NCBI GenBank assembly: GCA_963785305.1
Contig: CAWAUV010000001.1
Span: forward strand, 32,001-96,000
Direction of reading: 5' to 3'
Origin: an uncultured Planctomycetaceae bacterium
GTDB taxonomy: Bacteria > Planctomycetota > Planctomycetia > Pirellulales > PALSA-1355
Length of the DNA: 64,000 bases
The position numbers and the translations under genes are program-made. The notes beneath the pieces are model-generated. The model was given only the letters and a program-made list of their open reading frames with translations, did not search any database and had not been told where the DNA came from. Shown here piece after piece: positions 32,522 through 42,300 of this stretch (its first letter is position 1; each line of letters starts with the position of its first letter).

Positions 32522-32608
32522 CTACGTCGGAGGAGAGGCCAGATAGTTCCTCTGAAGCAGGTAATTCTCGATTTCTGACAGCATTCGCTTCAGATAATCC
32601 ACGACGTG
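32522..32608 (-). pseudogene. 3' remnant of an AT-richer gene cut by the IS end
   Basis: Manual translation HVVDYLKRMLSEIENYLLQRNYLASPPT* starting at the IS boundary. Confidence 0.4.
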
Positions 32609-32609
32609 C

Positions 32610-32655
32610 TGTTCTGGTTCACCGTGAACTGGAATGATCGGGCATTTGGGTTAGC
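32610..32655. repeat. IS right inverted repeat
   Basis: TGTTCTGGTTCACCGTGAACTGGAATGATCGGGCATTTGGGTTAGC. Confidence 0.85.
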
Positions 32656-32897
32656 GAATGAGTAAAGGCGTCCTGCCGGGGATTTCGCGGCATCGTGCCG
32701 CGAAGGTTTATCGCATTGGCGCCAATCCCGAATATCGGGCCGCGCTCCCGGAACGTCGAGCGGAGCGAGACGGCGATGGCCGGAGCCAGTCGCCGTCCGC
32801 CCTTCGGTCTTGGCCGCTGGGTCGGCGCTCGGGTTGCCCCTCGGCAGAGCCCTATCCTCCGCCCAGTTCATCCGTCATCGTAGCGCGGCGCGAAGCT

Positions 32898-33910
32898 TCA
32901 GGCAACCTTGGCTCCGGCGTTGGCGGCGGCCCGCGCCGTGCGCCGTCGCTCGCGCGCCGATTCCAGCTTCGCGTCACGCTCGTCGAAGATTTGTTTTTCG
33001 AGGCCGTTCAACTTGTCGCTCGGCGTGACGTAGCCGATCGTGGCATGTAAACGTTCGTGATTGTAGTGCTCGACGAACTTCGTGATCCGGCTTCGCGCGT
33101 CCTCGACATCCGCGGGACAAGCCGGGCGAATGCACTCGGCCTTCAGGCTCTTGTGCCAGCGTTCCAACTTCCCGTTGCTTTGCGGATAAAACGGACTCGT
33201 TCGCACATGCGTCATGCCGGCCAGGCGAATGCACTCCTTGAAATCGCGGGCGATAAACTGCGGGCCGTTGTCGCTGATGATCCGCGGCTTTTCGTCCGGA
33301 AACTTTTCTCGCGCGCGTTGAATCACCGTTTCCACTTCGAACTCCTTCATGCTCTCGCGCAGCTCCCAATGCACGATGTAGCGGCTGTAGCCGTCCAGAA
33401 TCGTGCAGAGAAAGTAGAACGTGCCGGCCAGATTGATGTACGAAATATCGACATGCCAGTGGTCGTGCGGCCGCGGCGGCTGCACGAAACCGGTTCCTTT
33501 CTTGGACGGCGAGAACTTGCGTTGGTCGAGCCGTCCGCCTTGTTTCAATACCCGATACACGCTGCTGGGACTGACGGCCACCACGTCGTCGTCGAGCATC
33601 ATGAACGCCAAGCGGCGATAACCGTTCAGCGGGTGGCTGTCATGGTAGGCGAGGATGGCTTGTTTCTCCCAATCCTCGAGTTCTCGATTCCCCGGGCCAC
33701 CAGTCGCGCGGGACCTTGCCGTTGTGCTCGTTGGCCTTGCCGTAGCGGTCCTTCCACTGGTGGAACTTGCTCGGCGCCAATTCCAGCCAGCCCAGCAGCC
33801 GCTGGGCCGGCAGCTCGGCACGCTCGGTCCAACGCCCGATGTAATCGACGATGGCGTCGCGCGTGTCGTGGGGAACCCAAACTCCCTTCAGAGTTCCCCA
33901 AGCTCTTTTT
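32898..33910 (-). pseudogene. IS3 OrfB (rve/DDE catalytic domain), broken by a frameshift at ~33690
   Basis: GYRRL, WHVDISYI, IISDNGPQF, PQSNGKLER, YNHERLH..IGYVTP. Confidence 0.88.
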
Positions 33911-34214
33911 TTGCGCGGACATTCTCCTCCATCAGTTCGGCGATGACTTCGTTCTTGGTGACCAGCTTCGATTCGAGCTGGGCGATCTTCTGGTCCTTGG
34001 CCGCTTCCAGCCGCGGCGGCCGCCCGCCCGCCCACCGCCCGACCGCCTTCTCGGCCTGATCGAGCACCTGCTTGACCCAGAGATGGATCAGGCTGGGCTG
34101 AACCTTGAATTCATCGGCCAAATCCGACACCGGCGTTTTGCCGCTCAAATGCCGCCGCACGACCTGGGCCTTCTGCTCGGCGGAAAAATGCCGCCGTGTT
34201 CGCAATTCGCTCAT
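33888..34214 (-). CDS. IS3 OrfA (HTH + leucine zipper) ending in a -1 frameshift site
   Basis: RRHFSAEQKAQVV, VSDLADEFKV.PSLIHLWVKQ; GCA AAA AAA GAG at ~33905-33913. Confidence 0.9.
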   Translation of the reverse strand: MSELRTRRHFSAEQKAQVVRRHLSGKTPVSDLADEFKVQPSLIHLWVKQVLDQAEKAVGRWAGGRPPRLEAAKDQKIAQLESKLVTKNEVIAELMEENVRAKKELGEL

Positions 34215-34239
34215 GGAAACGTCCTCCCTCGGGATTTAT

Positions 34240-34285
34240 GCTAATCCCAACGGCCAAACTTTCCAGTTCCGGGAGGGGCAGAACA
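34240..34285. repeat. IS left inverted repeat
   Basis: Reverse complement TGTTCTGCCCCTCCCGGAACTGGAAAGTTTGGCCGTTGGGATTAGC. Confidence 0.85.
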
Positions 34286-34448
34286 GGGGCTCGTTCGAGA
34301 TCATCTTTCCGGAAATGCCGGTGGTTGTTCAGCGGATTGCCGTGCAACCTCGCTTGCCGGCGCCCGTCCAGACGCGCGACGCATTAGGCGACACGCCCAA
34401 GAGGAAAGCCGCTTCTTTGATCTTCAGGTGATCGCGAAGGCTTTTCGC
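34286..34448 (-). pseudogene. Degenerate MerR-like/excisionase-type HTH protein, truncated by the IS
   Basis: KSLRDHLKIKEAAFLLGVSPNASRVWTGAGK, frameshift, RLHGNPLNNHRHFRKDDLERA up to the IS end; no clear start codon. Confidence 0.65.
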
Positions 34449-35045
34449 CGGGCAGAAATTACCGCCGCGCCCACGAGATAAGACGATCTCAAACCTTAGC
34501 AAACCGTGCCGGCAATGTGAAGCATCTCGATTTCGGATTTCCAGCGGAGTCCGCCACGAAGCCGGCGAGCACCTGAAAAGGCGACTTCCCATGCCGGCGC
34601 CGTTATTCAACACGGATTCTTCGTCTTGCCCTTGTCGGTGGATGTTGGAGCCTTCGTAGCGGCGAAGATCGGCGACACCGGCGCCGATCGTGGACGGGAA
34701 CGATACTCGCGACCACAATGACTGCCGGGCTTCGATCTCGTCAGCATCGCTGGCGGAAAGTAGTGCTTCCAAGAGCCAGAGGTTCGGGGATGCCGGCCGT
34801 CATCTTGCGGACGAGCAGAAAATGTCCGTTCGTTTTCGTTCGGCGAGGAACTTTTCAATCCGCCACCCCTGGGCCATCGCAGTTGTTCGACCCTGACGCC
34901 GGGTTTCTTACCGGCCAGTGGGATGTTCAAGGGGTGCCGCTCACAACTTCTTGAATGCGGGCGGAGACCTTTAGGGGCGGGACGCCGTCTGCCGCCGCGG
35001 GACATATCAGCCGAAAGGTCGTGGCCCGAGAAATCCCGCCAAAAA

Positions 35046-35096
35046 AAGTGCCTCATAAGTGCCTCATAAGTGCCTCCATGTGGTACATTTGGTACA
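35046..35096. repeat. Tandem direct repeats (AAGTGCCTC x3 at 11-bp period; TGGTACA x2), integrase arm-site-like
   Basis: Read directly; 110-160 bp from the tRNA fragment. Confidence 0.7.
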
Positions 35097-35207
35097 ATAT
35101 GATCGCTGCACGGTGACACATGGCCGCGAGGCACAAAGGCTTTGCGTTCAATAACTTGTGACGCAAATAGCTAGCGGGCAATGATTTACGAAAAACGTCC
35201 TTGTCGC

Positions 35208-35260
35208 ACTCAAAATCCGGTACTCGCAAGGGTGTGTGGGTTCAAGTCCCACCTCCGGTA
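35208..35260 (+). other. 3'-half tRNA-Leu(CAA) fragment, probable att site
   Basis: Anticodon loop CTCAAAA, long variable arm TACTC-GCAA-GGGTG, T arm GTGGG-TTCAAGT-CCCAC, acceptor 3' strand CTCCGGT+A; no D arm or 5' acceptor strand upstream. Confidence 0.85.
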
Positions 35261-35517
35261 TTCTAATGAAGCCGTGATTTCCGGTTCCTCCCGGCTACGG
35301 GTCGCCGCCCCCGGGGGCACGGCTCCCGGGGCGCCGGGCGAATCGAGAGTTCGAATCGGGCCAAAGGCCGAGCCGCTTATGCTTGGTTTCCTGTTGATGC
35401 TCGGCAAACGCCGACCTCGGAGGCGCCAGTTTTAAGGCGATCCTCACACGATCCCATTCCAGGCGGGCCGCTGGCCTGTCGCGCCGCCGAAAAAATGTCG
35501 AAGGACCACCACGGACC

Positions 35518-36573
35518 ATGACTGAATCGATTCCACGTCGCCAGTGGTTGCAAGGCGTTTCGGCCGGCATCGCCGGTCTGGGACTGACCTCGCTCGCCGA
35601 ATTCGCCCCTGGCGCCGAGACCCGAGCGGGCGCGAAGCAAACACCCACCACGCCCGGCGGCACCACGACCCTCGGCCCCGCCCATCCAGAAGCCGCTCGC
35701 TCGGAACCCCATTCGCCAGCCCGGCCGACCAAGTTTCGCATCTCGCTCAATACCAGCACGGTGCGCGGCCAGAAGCTTTCGCTCGACCAGGTCGTCGATC
35801 TGGCCGCAAGTGTCGGCTACGACGGCATCGAGCCTTGGGCCGATGAACTCGATCGCCATGTCAAGGAAGGCGGATCGCTCGCGGACTTAAAAAAACGAAT
35901 TGCCGACCATGGGCTCGCGGTCGCGAATCTCATCGCGTTTCCCGAATGGATCGTCAACGATCCTGCTCGCCGCGCGCAAGGTTATGCCACCGCGACGCAA
36001 GCGATGAACTTGGCGCTTGCGATCGGCTGCCCGCGCATCGCGGCCCCGCCGGCCGGGGCGCGCGACCTCACCGACATCAGCCTCTCCGATGCCGGCGAGC
36101 GCTATCGCAAACTGCTCGAAATCGGCGATGAGAGCGGTGTCACGCCCGTATTGGAGTTCTGGGGTCCCTCGCGCACTTTAAGCCGCCTGAGCGAGGCCGT
36201 ATATGTGGCGATCGAGGCCGATCATCCGAAGGCAAGCATCTTGGCCGATGTGTATCACATGTACAAAGGCGCGTCGGGCCACAACGGAATTCGGCTGCTC
36301 TCGGCGCATGCCCTGCCGGTGATTCATTTGAATGATTACCCCACCAACTTGTCGCGAGATAAGATCACCGACGCCGATCGCGTGTTCCCTGGCGATGGCG
36401 GGGCTCCCTTGCGCGAAATTTTCCGCGATCTGCGCTCGATCGGCTTCGGCGGTTTTCTTTCGCTGGAGTTGTTCAATCGCGACTATTGGAGTCGCGACGC
36501 CGTCGAGGTGGCGCGGATCGGTCTGGAGAAGACCCGCGCCGTGATCCTGGCCAGCGAATCGCCCGCGAAATAA
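35518..36573 (+). CDS. Sugar-phosphate isomerase/epimerase (xylose-isomerase-like TIM barrel), Tat-like signal
   Basis: RRQWLQG leader; GYDGIEPW, LEFWG, ADVYHMY, IHLNDY, DRVFPGDG, LSLELFN. Confidence 0.88.
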   Translation: MTESIPRRQWLQGVSAGIAGLGLTSLAEFAPGAETRAGAKQTPTTPGGTTTLGPAHPEAARSEPHSPARPTKFRISLNTSTVRGQKLSLDQVVDLAASVGYDGIEPWADELDRHVKEGGSLADLKKRIADHGLAVANLIAFPEWIVNDPARRAQGYATATQAMNLALAIGCPRIAAPPAGARDLTDISLSDAGERYRKLLEIGDESGVTPVLEFWGPSRTLSRLSEAVYVAIEADHPKASILADVYHMYKGASGHNGIRLLSAHALPVIHLNDYPTNLSRDKITDADRVFPGDGGAPLREIFRDLRSIGFGGFLSLELFNRDYWSRDAVEVARIGLEKTRAVILASESPAK

Positions 36574-36589
36574 AGCCGGCGTGTCGCCA

Positions 36590-37642
36590 ATGTCGCTTCC
36601 GCAATCCTCGCGCTACGATCGTCAAGCCCGCTTCGCGCCCCTGGGCGTCGAGGGCCAGCGCCGCTTGACCGAAAGTCGGGCCACGGTCTGCGGATGCGGA
36701 GCGCTCGGCACGGTCGCGGCCGAACTGCTTGTGCGGGCTGGCGTCGGACATGTGCGCATCATCGATCGCGATTTCGTCGAGTTGAGCAACTTGCAACGGC
36801 AAGTTTTGTTCGACGAGGAAGACGCCATTCGCCGCATGCCCAAGGCAATCGCCGCCGCCGAGAAACTACGCCGCGTCAACAGCCAGATTCACATCGAACC
36901 GATGGTCGCGGACCTCGAACCCTCGAACGCGCTCGAGCTCTTGGGCGGCGATGCCCGCGCGGGACAGGTGATCGTCGATGGCACGGACAACTTCGAAACC
37001 CGGCTATTGATTAACGACGCCGCGCTCGCGCTCGGCGTGCCCTGGGTCCATGCCGGTTGCTTGGGCGCGGAAGGGCAAACGATGACCATCTTGCCCGGTC
37101 GCTCGGGCTGCCTGCGATGTCTGCTTCCCGAGCCGCCCGCCGCCGGCACGCTGCCGAGTTGCGAGACCGCGGGAGTGCTGGGGCCGATTGTTCATGTGAT
37201 CGCCGCGATCGCGGCGTGCGAGGCGATCAAGATTCTCGCCGGCCGGCTCGAGGCCGTGAGCCCGGCGCTCGCGGTGATCGACCTCTGGACGAATCGCTTT
37301 CGGTCGCTCGATTCCCGAGCGCTCGCCGGTTCAAGCGACTGCCCGGCCTGCGGCAAGCGAGACTTTGCTTGGCTCGGCGGGAAGCGCGCCGGTCATTCGA
37401 CCGTGCTCTGCGGGCGCGACGCGGTGCAGGTGAGTCCGCCCCCGGAAGCAGGTCGCATCGATTTGATATCGCTCGCCGCGCGGCTCGCGCCGCTGGGATC
37501 GGTGGAACGGAATGCCTATTTGGTGCGTTTTTCGGCCGAGGGCTTGCAGTTGACCGTGTTCGCCGATTCGCGGGCGATCGTCAGCGGCACGACCGATCCG
37601 GCCGTGGCCCGCTCGGCGTATGCGCGTTACCTGGGTAGCTGA
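36590..37642 (+). CDS. ThiF/MoeB-family adenylyltransferase
   Basis: RYDRQ, GCGALG, IDRDFVELSNLQRQ, DGTDNF, CLRC, CETAGVLGP, CPAC, LCGRDAVQ. Confidence 0.92.
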   Translation: MSLPQSSRYDRQARFAPLGVEGQRRLTESRATVCGCGALGTVAAELLVRAGVGHVRIIDRDFVELSNLQRQVLFDEEDAIRRMPKAIAAAEKLRRVNSQIHIEPMVADLEPSNALELLGGDARAGQVIVDGTDNFETRLLINDAALALGVPWVHAGCLGAEGQTMTILPGRSGCLRCLLPEPPAAGTLPSCETAGVLGPIVHVIAAIAACEAIKILAGRLEAVSPALAVIDLWTNRFRSLDSRALAGSSDCPACGKRDFAWLGGKRAGHSTVLCGRDAVQVSPPPEAGRIDLISLAARLAPLGSVERNAYLVRFSAEGLQLTVFADSRAIVSGTTDPAVARSAYARYLGS

Positions 37643-37700
37643 ACCGCCAGGCCGCCGATATTTCCGCCGGATTTATTTTCGAGCCCACGGGCGCCGCAAT

Positions 37701-38125
37701 TCAAAGTCGAAATGGGCTGGGCAGCAGTTCACCCAACGTGAATTGTCCAACGCCATCGACCAGCACAATCGTTTCCGGATCGCAGAATTCCGCCAACACT
37801 TGCCGGCACGCGCCGCAGGGCATGCGATGTTCGGTCGGCGCGCCTGGGCTCGCGTCGGGACATGCGACGGCGATCATCTCGAGGCGATTGTGCCCCGCCG
37901 CGACGGCGGCGAACACCGCCACGCGTTCCGCGCATACCGTAAGTCCAAACGAGGCGTTTTCGAGGTTGCAGCCGGTGATGACTTCGCCCTCGGCCAACAC
38001 CGCCGCGCCGACATGAAACTTCGAATAGGGGCAATAGGCTCGCTGGGCCGCGCTCGCGCCGCGTCGAGCAAGCGGGCAGCCTCGGCGCGAATTCCACTGG
38101 GCAACGATTCAAGGTCGGGCTTCAT
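37701..38125 (-). CDS. cdd: Cytidine deaminase, frameshift ~38048
   Basis: AYCPYSKFHVGAAVL read after the shift; GCNLENASFGLTVCAERVA, PCGACRQVLAEF. Confidence 0.92.
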
Positions 38126-38131
38126 CGGCGC

Positions 38132-39007
38132 TTACTTGGTCTCGGCCAGCGTTTTCTTCAGCCACGCGATCATCTGTTCGCGGTAGTCGGAATACAGTTT
38201 ATCCCAGCCGCCCATGCCGTGGCCGCCCTGGGGCACGACGATCAATTCGCACACATTGCCAGCGGCTCGCATCTGTTCTTGAAACACCGTGGACTGCTCG
38301 AATGGAACCTGTTTGTCCTGATCGCCATGGATCAGTAGAAAGGGGGGCAAGCCTTTTTGGATATAGTTCGAGGGCGAGATGGCGCGGAGCTTGGCGTAGG
38401 CGTCGTCGTTGAGCTCCGTAAGGCCCAAAAGGCCGGTCTCGGCCGCGCCGAGCGACTGGCGCTTGCGCACTTGCATTTCCAAACTATGCGGCGCGTAAAA
38501 CGGCACTACCGCCGCCACCCGCGCTTCCCCCGAACCGCGCACTCCGACATAGGATACCAAATGCCCGCCCGCCGATTCGCCAATGAGGGCAATTCGCCGG
38601 GGATCGACCTTGAACTCGGCCGCGTGCCGCTTGACCCACACGACCGCCGCCTCCACATCGTCGGCGCAGGCCGGCCAGCGATACTTCGGCGCGAGGCGGT
38701 AGTCGATCGTGAACCAGACGAATCCGGCTTTGCCGAGCGCGTCGAACAGCGGTGTGATGTAGCTGCGTTTATCGCCTTTGGTGAAGCCGCCGCCATGGAC
38801 CAGGATACAGGTCGGAAACGGCCCATCACCTGGCGGAACAAAGGCGTCGAGCGTCAGACGCACGCCCTCGACATCGCGATATTCAATGTCACGCCGGAGC
38901 GTTCCCGCGGAGTCGCCGGCTGGCGCGTTGGGTGGAGCGGCAAACGCGCCGCCGGCATGGCCTAACACAGTCAAAACAATCGCGCTCGCCCAGTGTCGGA
39001 GTCGCAT
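38132..39007 (-). CDS. Secreted alpha/beta hydrolase (HSL-type esterase)
   Basis: Signal peptide; VHGGGF, GESAGGHL, HGDQD, GGHG. Confidence 0.9.
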   Translation of the reverse strand: MRLRHWASAIVLTVLGHAGGAFAAPPNAPAGDSAGTLRRDIEYRDVEGVRLTLDAFVPPGDGPFPTCILVHGGGFTKGDKRSYITPLFDALGKAGFVWFTIDYRLAPKYRWPACADDVEAAVVWVKRHAAEFKVDPRRIALIGESAGGHLVSYVGVRGSGEARVAAVVPFYAPHSLEMQVRKRQSLGAAETGLLGLTELNDDAYAKLRAISPSNYIQKGLPPFLLIHGDQDKQVPFEQSTVFQEQMRAAGNVCELIVVPQGGHGMGGWDKLYSDYREQMIAWLKKTLAETK

Positions 39008-39341
39008 GGTTGTGTCCTTGAAAAGAAGATTCTTCGTGGATTTTAGTGGCTCGGGGCGGCGAATTCGGGCGGAAACGCGACTTCCGCCTTTCTGGCACGG
39101 TTCCGAGAAAGCATAACCCGGCGCGGCGACCGTGTCACATTCTTTGCAGCCGGTTCGCGTGCCGGCGGCTGCTCCGCCGGGCGCCTTGCACGATGCGGGA
39201 TCGCCATTCACCGGCAGCCGCTCGGTAGGCGCTTGAAACCGGCGTCGCCGAAAAGTATCGTGTTTTGATGCTCCGGTCGCCTTGCGAACCCGAGTTCCCC
39301 GCCCCCGCCCCGCCACCCCAATCCAGAATCGACGTGCCTCC

Positions 39342-42300
39342 ATGCCGTGTTCGAATCGGTTGCTCCCACGCCCGTGCTTGCTTTTGGCTTGTCTCGCCGC
39401 CGGTTCGATCGCCGCGGCTGTTTCGGCTGCCGCTTCTGGCGAGATCACGACGGCCACCTATCCGCCGGCCGCCGGACCCGGCGGCGGCAAACATGTCGTG
39501 TTGCTCGCGGGCGACGAAGAATACCGCTCGGAAGAAGGCCTGCCCCAGTTGGCCAAGATTCTGAGCCAGCGGCTCGGCTTTCGCTGCACGGTGCTGTTTT
39601 CACTCAATGACAAGGGCGAGATCGATCCGAACAACGGCGCTTCGATCTCCGGCGCCGAGGCGCTCGATTCGGCCGACGCGATCGTGATGCTCCTGCGTTA
39701 TCGCAAATGGCCCGACGCCGAATGCCAGCGGTTCCTTGCCGCCTACGAACGCGGAATTCCGATCATCGGCCTCAGAACCTCGACCCATGCCTTCAACCTG
39801 CCGAGCGGCAAATACGCTGCCCAACTCAACAGCTTTGGCAAGAATGTGCTGGGCGAGCGATGGGTCAATCACTGGGGGCGTCACAAGTCGGAAGCCACGC
39901 GCGGCGTGATCGAACCGAGCGCCAAAGACCTGCCCATCATGCGCGGCGTGGCCGATATCTTCGGCGATACCGATGTCTATGAAGCTTATCCGCCGTCCGA
40001 CGCCCAGATTCTTGTTCGCGGACAAGTGCTCAAGGGCATGAAGCCCGACGACGCCCCGGCCGACTACCGCCGCAACCGCTCGACCGACAAGCAAGAACAG
40101 GGCATCAACGACCCGATGATGCCGGTCGCGTGGACCCGATTGCATAAGAACGAAGCGGGCAAGACGAATCGTGTGTTTTGCACCACGATGGGCTCGTCGA
40201 CCGACTTGCAAAACGAAGGCCTTCGCCGCCTTGTGGTCAATGCCGTGTTTTGGGGCCTTGAGCTCGATGTGCCGGCCAAGGCCGATGTGTCGCTCGTGGG
40301 CGACTACAAACCGACGCCCTACGGTTTCAACGGTTATATCAAAGGCCGCAAGCCGGCCGACGCCCTGTTGGACGCGAAGAGCCCCGCTCCCGACCAAGGC
40401 CCTGCTCCCAACCAGGGCGCCGCGAACCCCGCGGAAAAGAAGATGGCAAAAAAAGAAGCCGTCAAGGTTGCCGAGGCGAATAAGGACTATGGCAAGAAGC
40501 CCGGCGTGAATAAAGACGGCGAAAAACGCGATCCGCTGCGAGCCACCCTTCCCGGCAGCCGGCCCGCGGAGCCTCGCGCCGCGCTCGCTCCCAGCAAGCT
40601 GCCGCTGGAATTCAACGTGCATGAGCGAATCGCGTTCGTAGGCGGCTCGCTGGCCGAGCGGTTCAATCTTTTTGGCGCTTTCGAGACGCTGCTGCACACT
40701 CGCTTCGCCGACAAGGAGTTGGTCGTTCGCAATTTTGCCCGGCCGGCCGATGAAGTCGTGCTCCGTCAGCGGCCCAACGACTACACGAAACTCGACGATC
40801 CGCTCACGGCCTTCGAGCCGGACACGTTTCTCTGCTTTTTCGGTTTCAATGAATCGTATGCCGGCCCCGGCGGCGTCGACGCCTTTCGCGCCAACTACCT
40901 CAAATATCTAGACGAAATGACGGCGCACTACCCGCGCGGCGAGGCCGGGGCGCCGCGGTTCGTGCTCGTGACTCCGATCGCGTTCGAGAGCCCGCGCGAG
41001 GGCAAGTCCACCGCGACCCCGCGGCAGATATTGCCTGTCTCGCCCGACCTCTTGCCGAGCGGCGAACGCGAAAACGCGAATCTCAAGCTCTATGCCGCCG
41101 CCGTGGCCGAAGTGGCCAAAGAGCGCGGCCTGGCGGTGATCGATCTCCACGAGCCCTCGAGCGCGCTCTTCGCCCGCGAGCCGGGCCTGCAATACACGAT
41201 CAATGGTTGCCACTTAAACGCCGCGGGCGATCTTGAAATCTCGCTCGCGTTGGCCGCCGCCATTACCGGCCAAAAGCTCGATTCGCTTCGACCAGCCGAC
41301 AACGATGGCGGCCAGTTCGAGCGATTGCGCGAGGCGGTGAACGATAAGTCCTGGGTCCACTCCCAAGACTATCGCATGCTCAACGGCTGGTATGTCTACG
41401 GCGGTCGCCGCACCTGGGACACGGAAACATTTCCCCGCGAATTCATCAAGATTCGCAACATGGTCGCGGTGCGCGATCGCCGTGTGTGGACGGTCGCCCA
41501 AGGCAAGTCGGTGGTGTCGACGCCCGACGATACGTTGACCGGCGAGCTCCTTGTGCCGCCGACGCGGTTCGGGCTCGTGAGCAAGTCGGAAGCCGAGTCG
41601 CCGCGCGTGCTCTCGCCAGAAGCCGATCTGGCCACCTTCACCACGCCGCCGGGCTTCGAAGCGAAGCTGTTCGCGAGTGAGCAGCAGTTCCCCCAATTGT
41701 CCAAACCCTGCCAGATAGGCTTCGACAATCGCGGCCGGCTCTGGGCTTCGTGCATGCCGACCTATCCCCAGTGGTTGCCCGGCGATGGCCGACCGAGCGA
41801 CCGGCTGCTGATCTTCGAAGACACGGATCACGACGGCCGCGCCGATGTATGTAAGAGCTTCTACGACAAACTCCACTGCCCGACCGGTTTCGAATTCTGG
41901 CAGGGCGGCGTGCTCGTGGTCGATCAGCCGAGGCTCTTGTGGCTGAAAGACACCGATGGCGACGACCGGGCCGATGTGGTCGTGCATCTCATTGATGGCT
42001 GGGCAACCGACGACACGCATCACACGATCGGCGCCTTCGAATGGTCGCATGGCGGCCTACTGCACATGATGGAAGGCGTGTCGATGAGCACCACGCTCGA
42101 AACCCCCTGGGGACCGTTTCACAATATGGGCTCCTCGGGAACCTATCGCCTCGATCCGCGCACGCTCCGCGTCACCCACTTCAATACGCCCGGCTATGGC
42201 AATCCCTGGTGCTATGTCTTCAATCCCTGGGGACAGGGCTTTTGCGGCGACGGCACCGGCGGCAATCAACACTGGGATTCTCCGCTAAGCGGGGCCCAAT

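Larger units (their letters stand above)
32610..34285 (-). mobile_element. IS3-family insertion sequence (1676 bp), no target-site duplication
   Basis: TG...CA ends; imperfect 46-bp IRs (33/46 by hand count), orfA/orfB with A7G slip site, DDE transposase. Confidence 0.92.

Noticed and set aside
32590..32871. 93-aa ORF as IS passenger gene
   Set aside because: Runs through the IR and out of the element; no motif; overlaps the hairpin-rich tract
34480..35040. ORFs between the HTH remnant and the att arm
   Set aside because: No recognisable domains or consistent coding signal; probably decayed island DNA
35170..35260. Intact tRNA-Leu gene
   Set aside because: No 5' acceptor strand, D arm or 5' anticodon stem able to pair with TCCGG
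36590..37642. ThiF protein as E1 of a ubiquitin-like or RiPP system
   Set aside because: Ordinary MoeB/ThiF architecture; no adjacent Ubl, E2, JAB or precursor peptide
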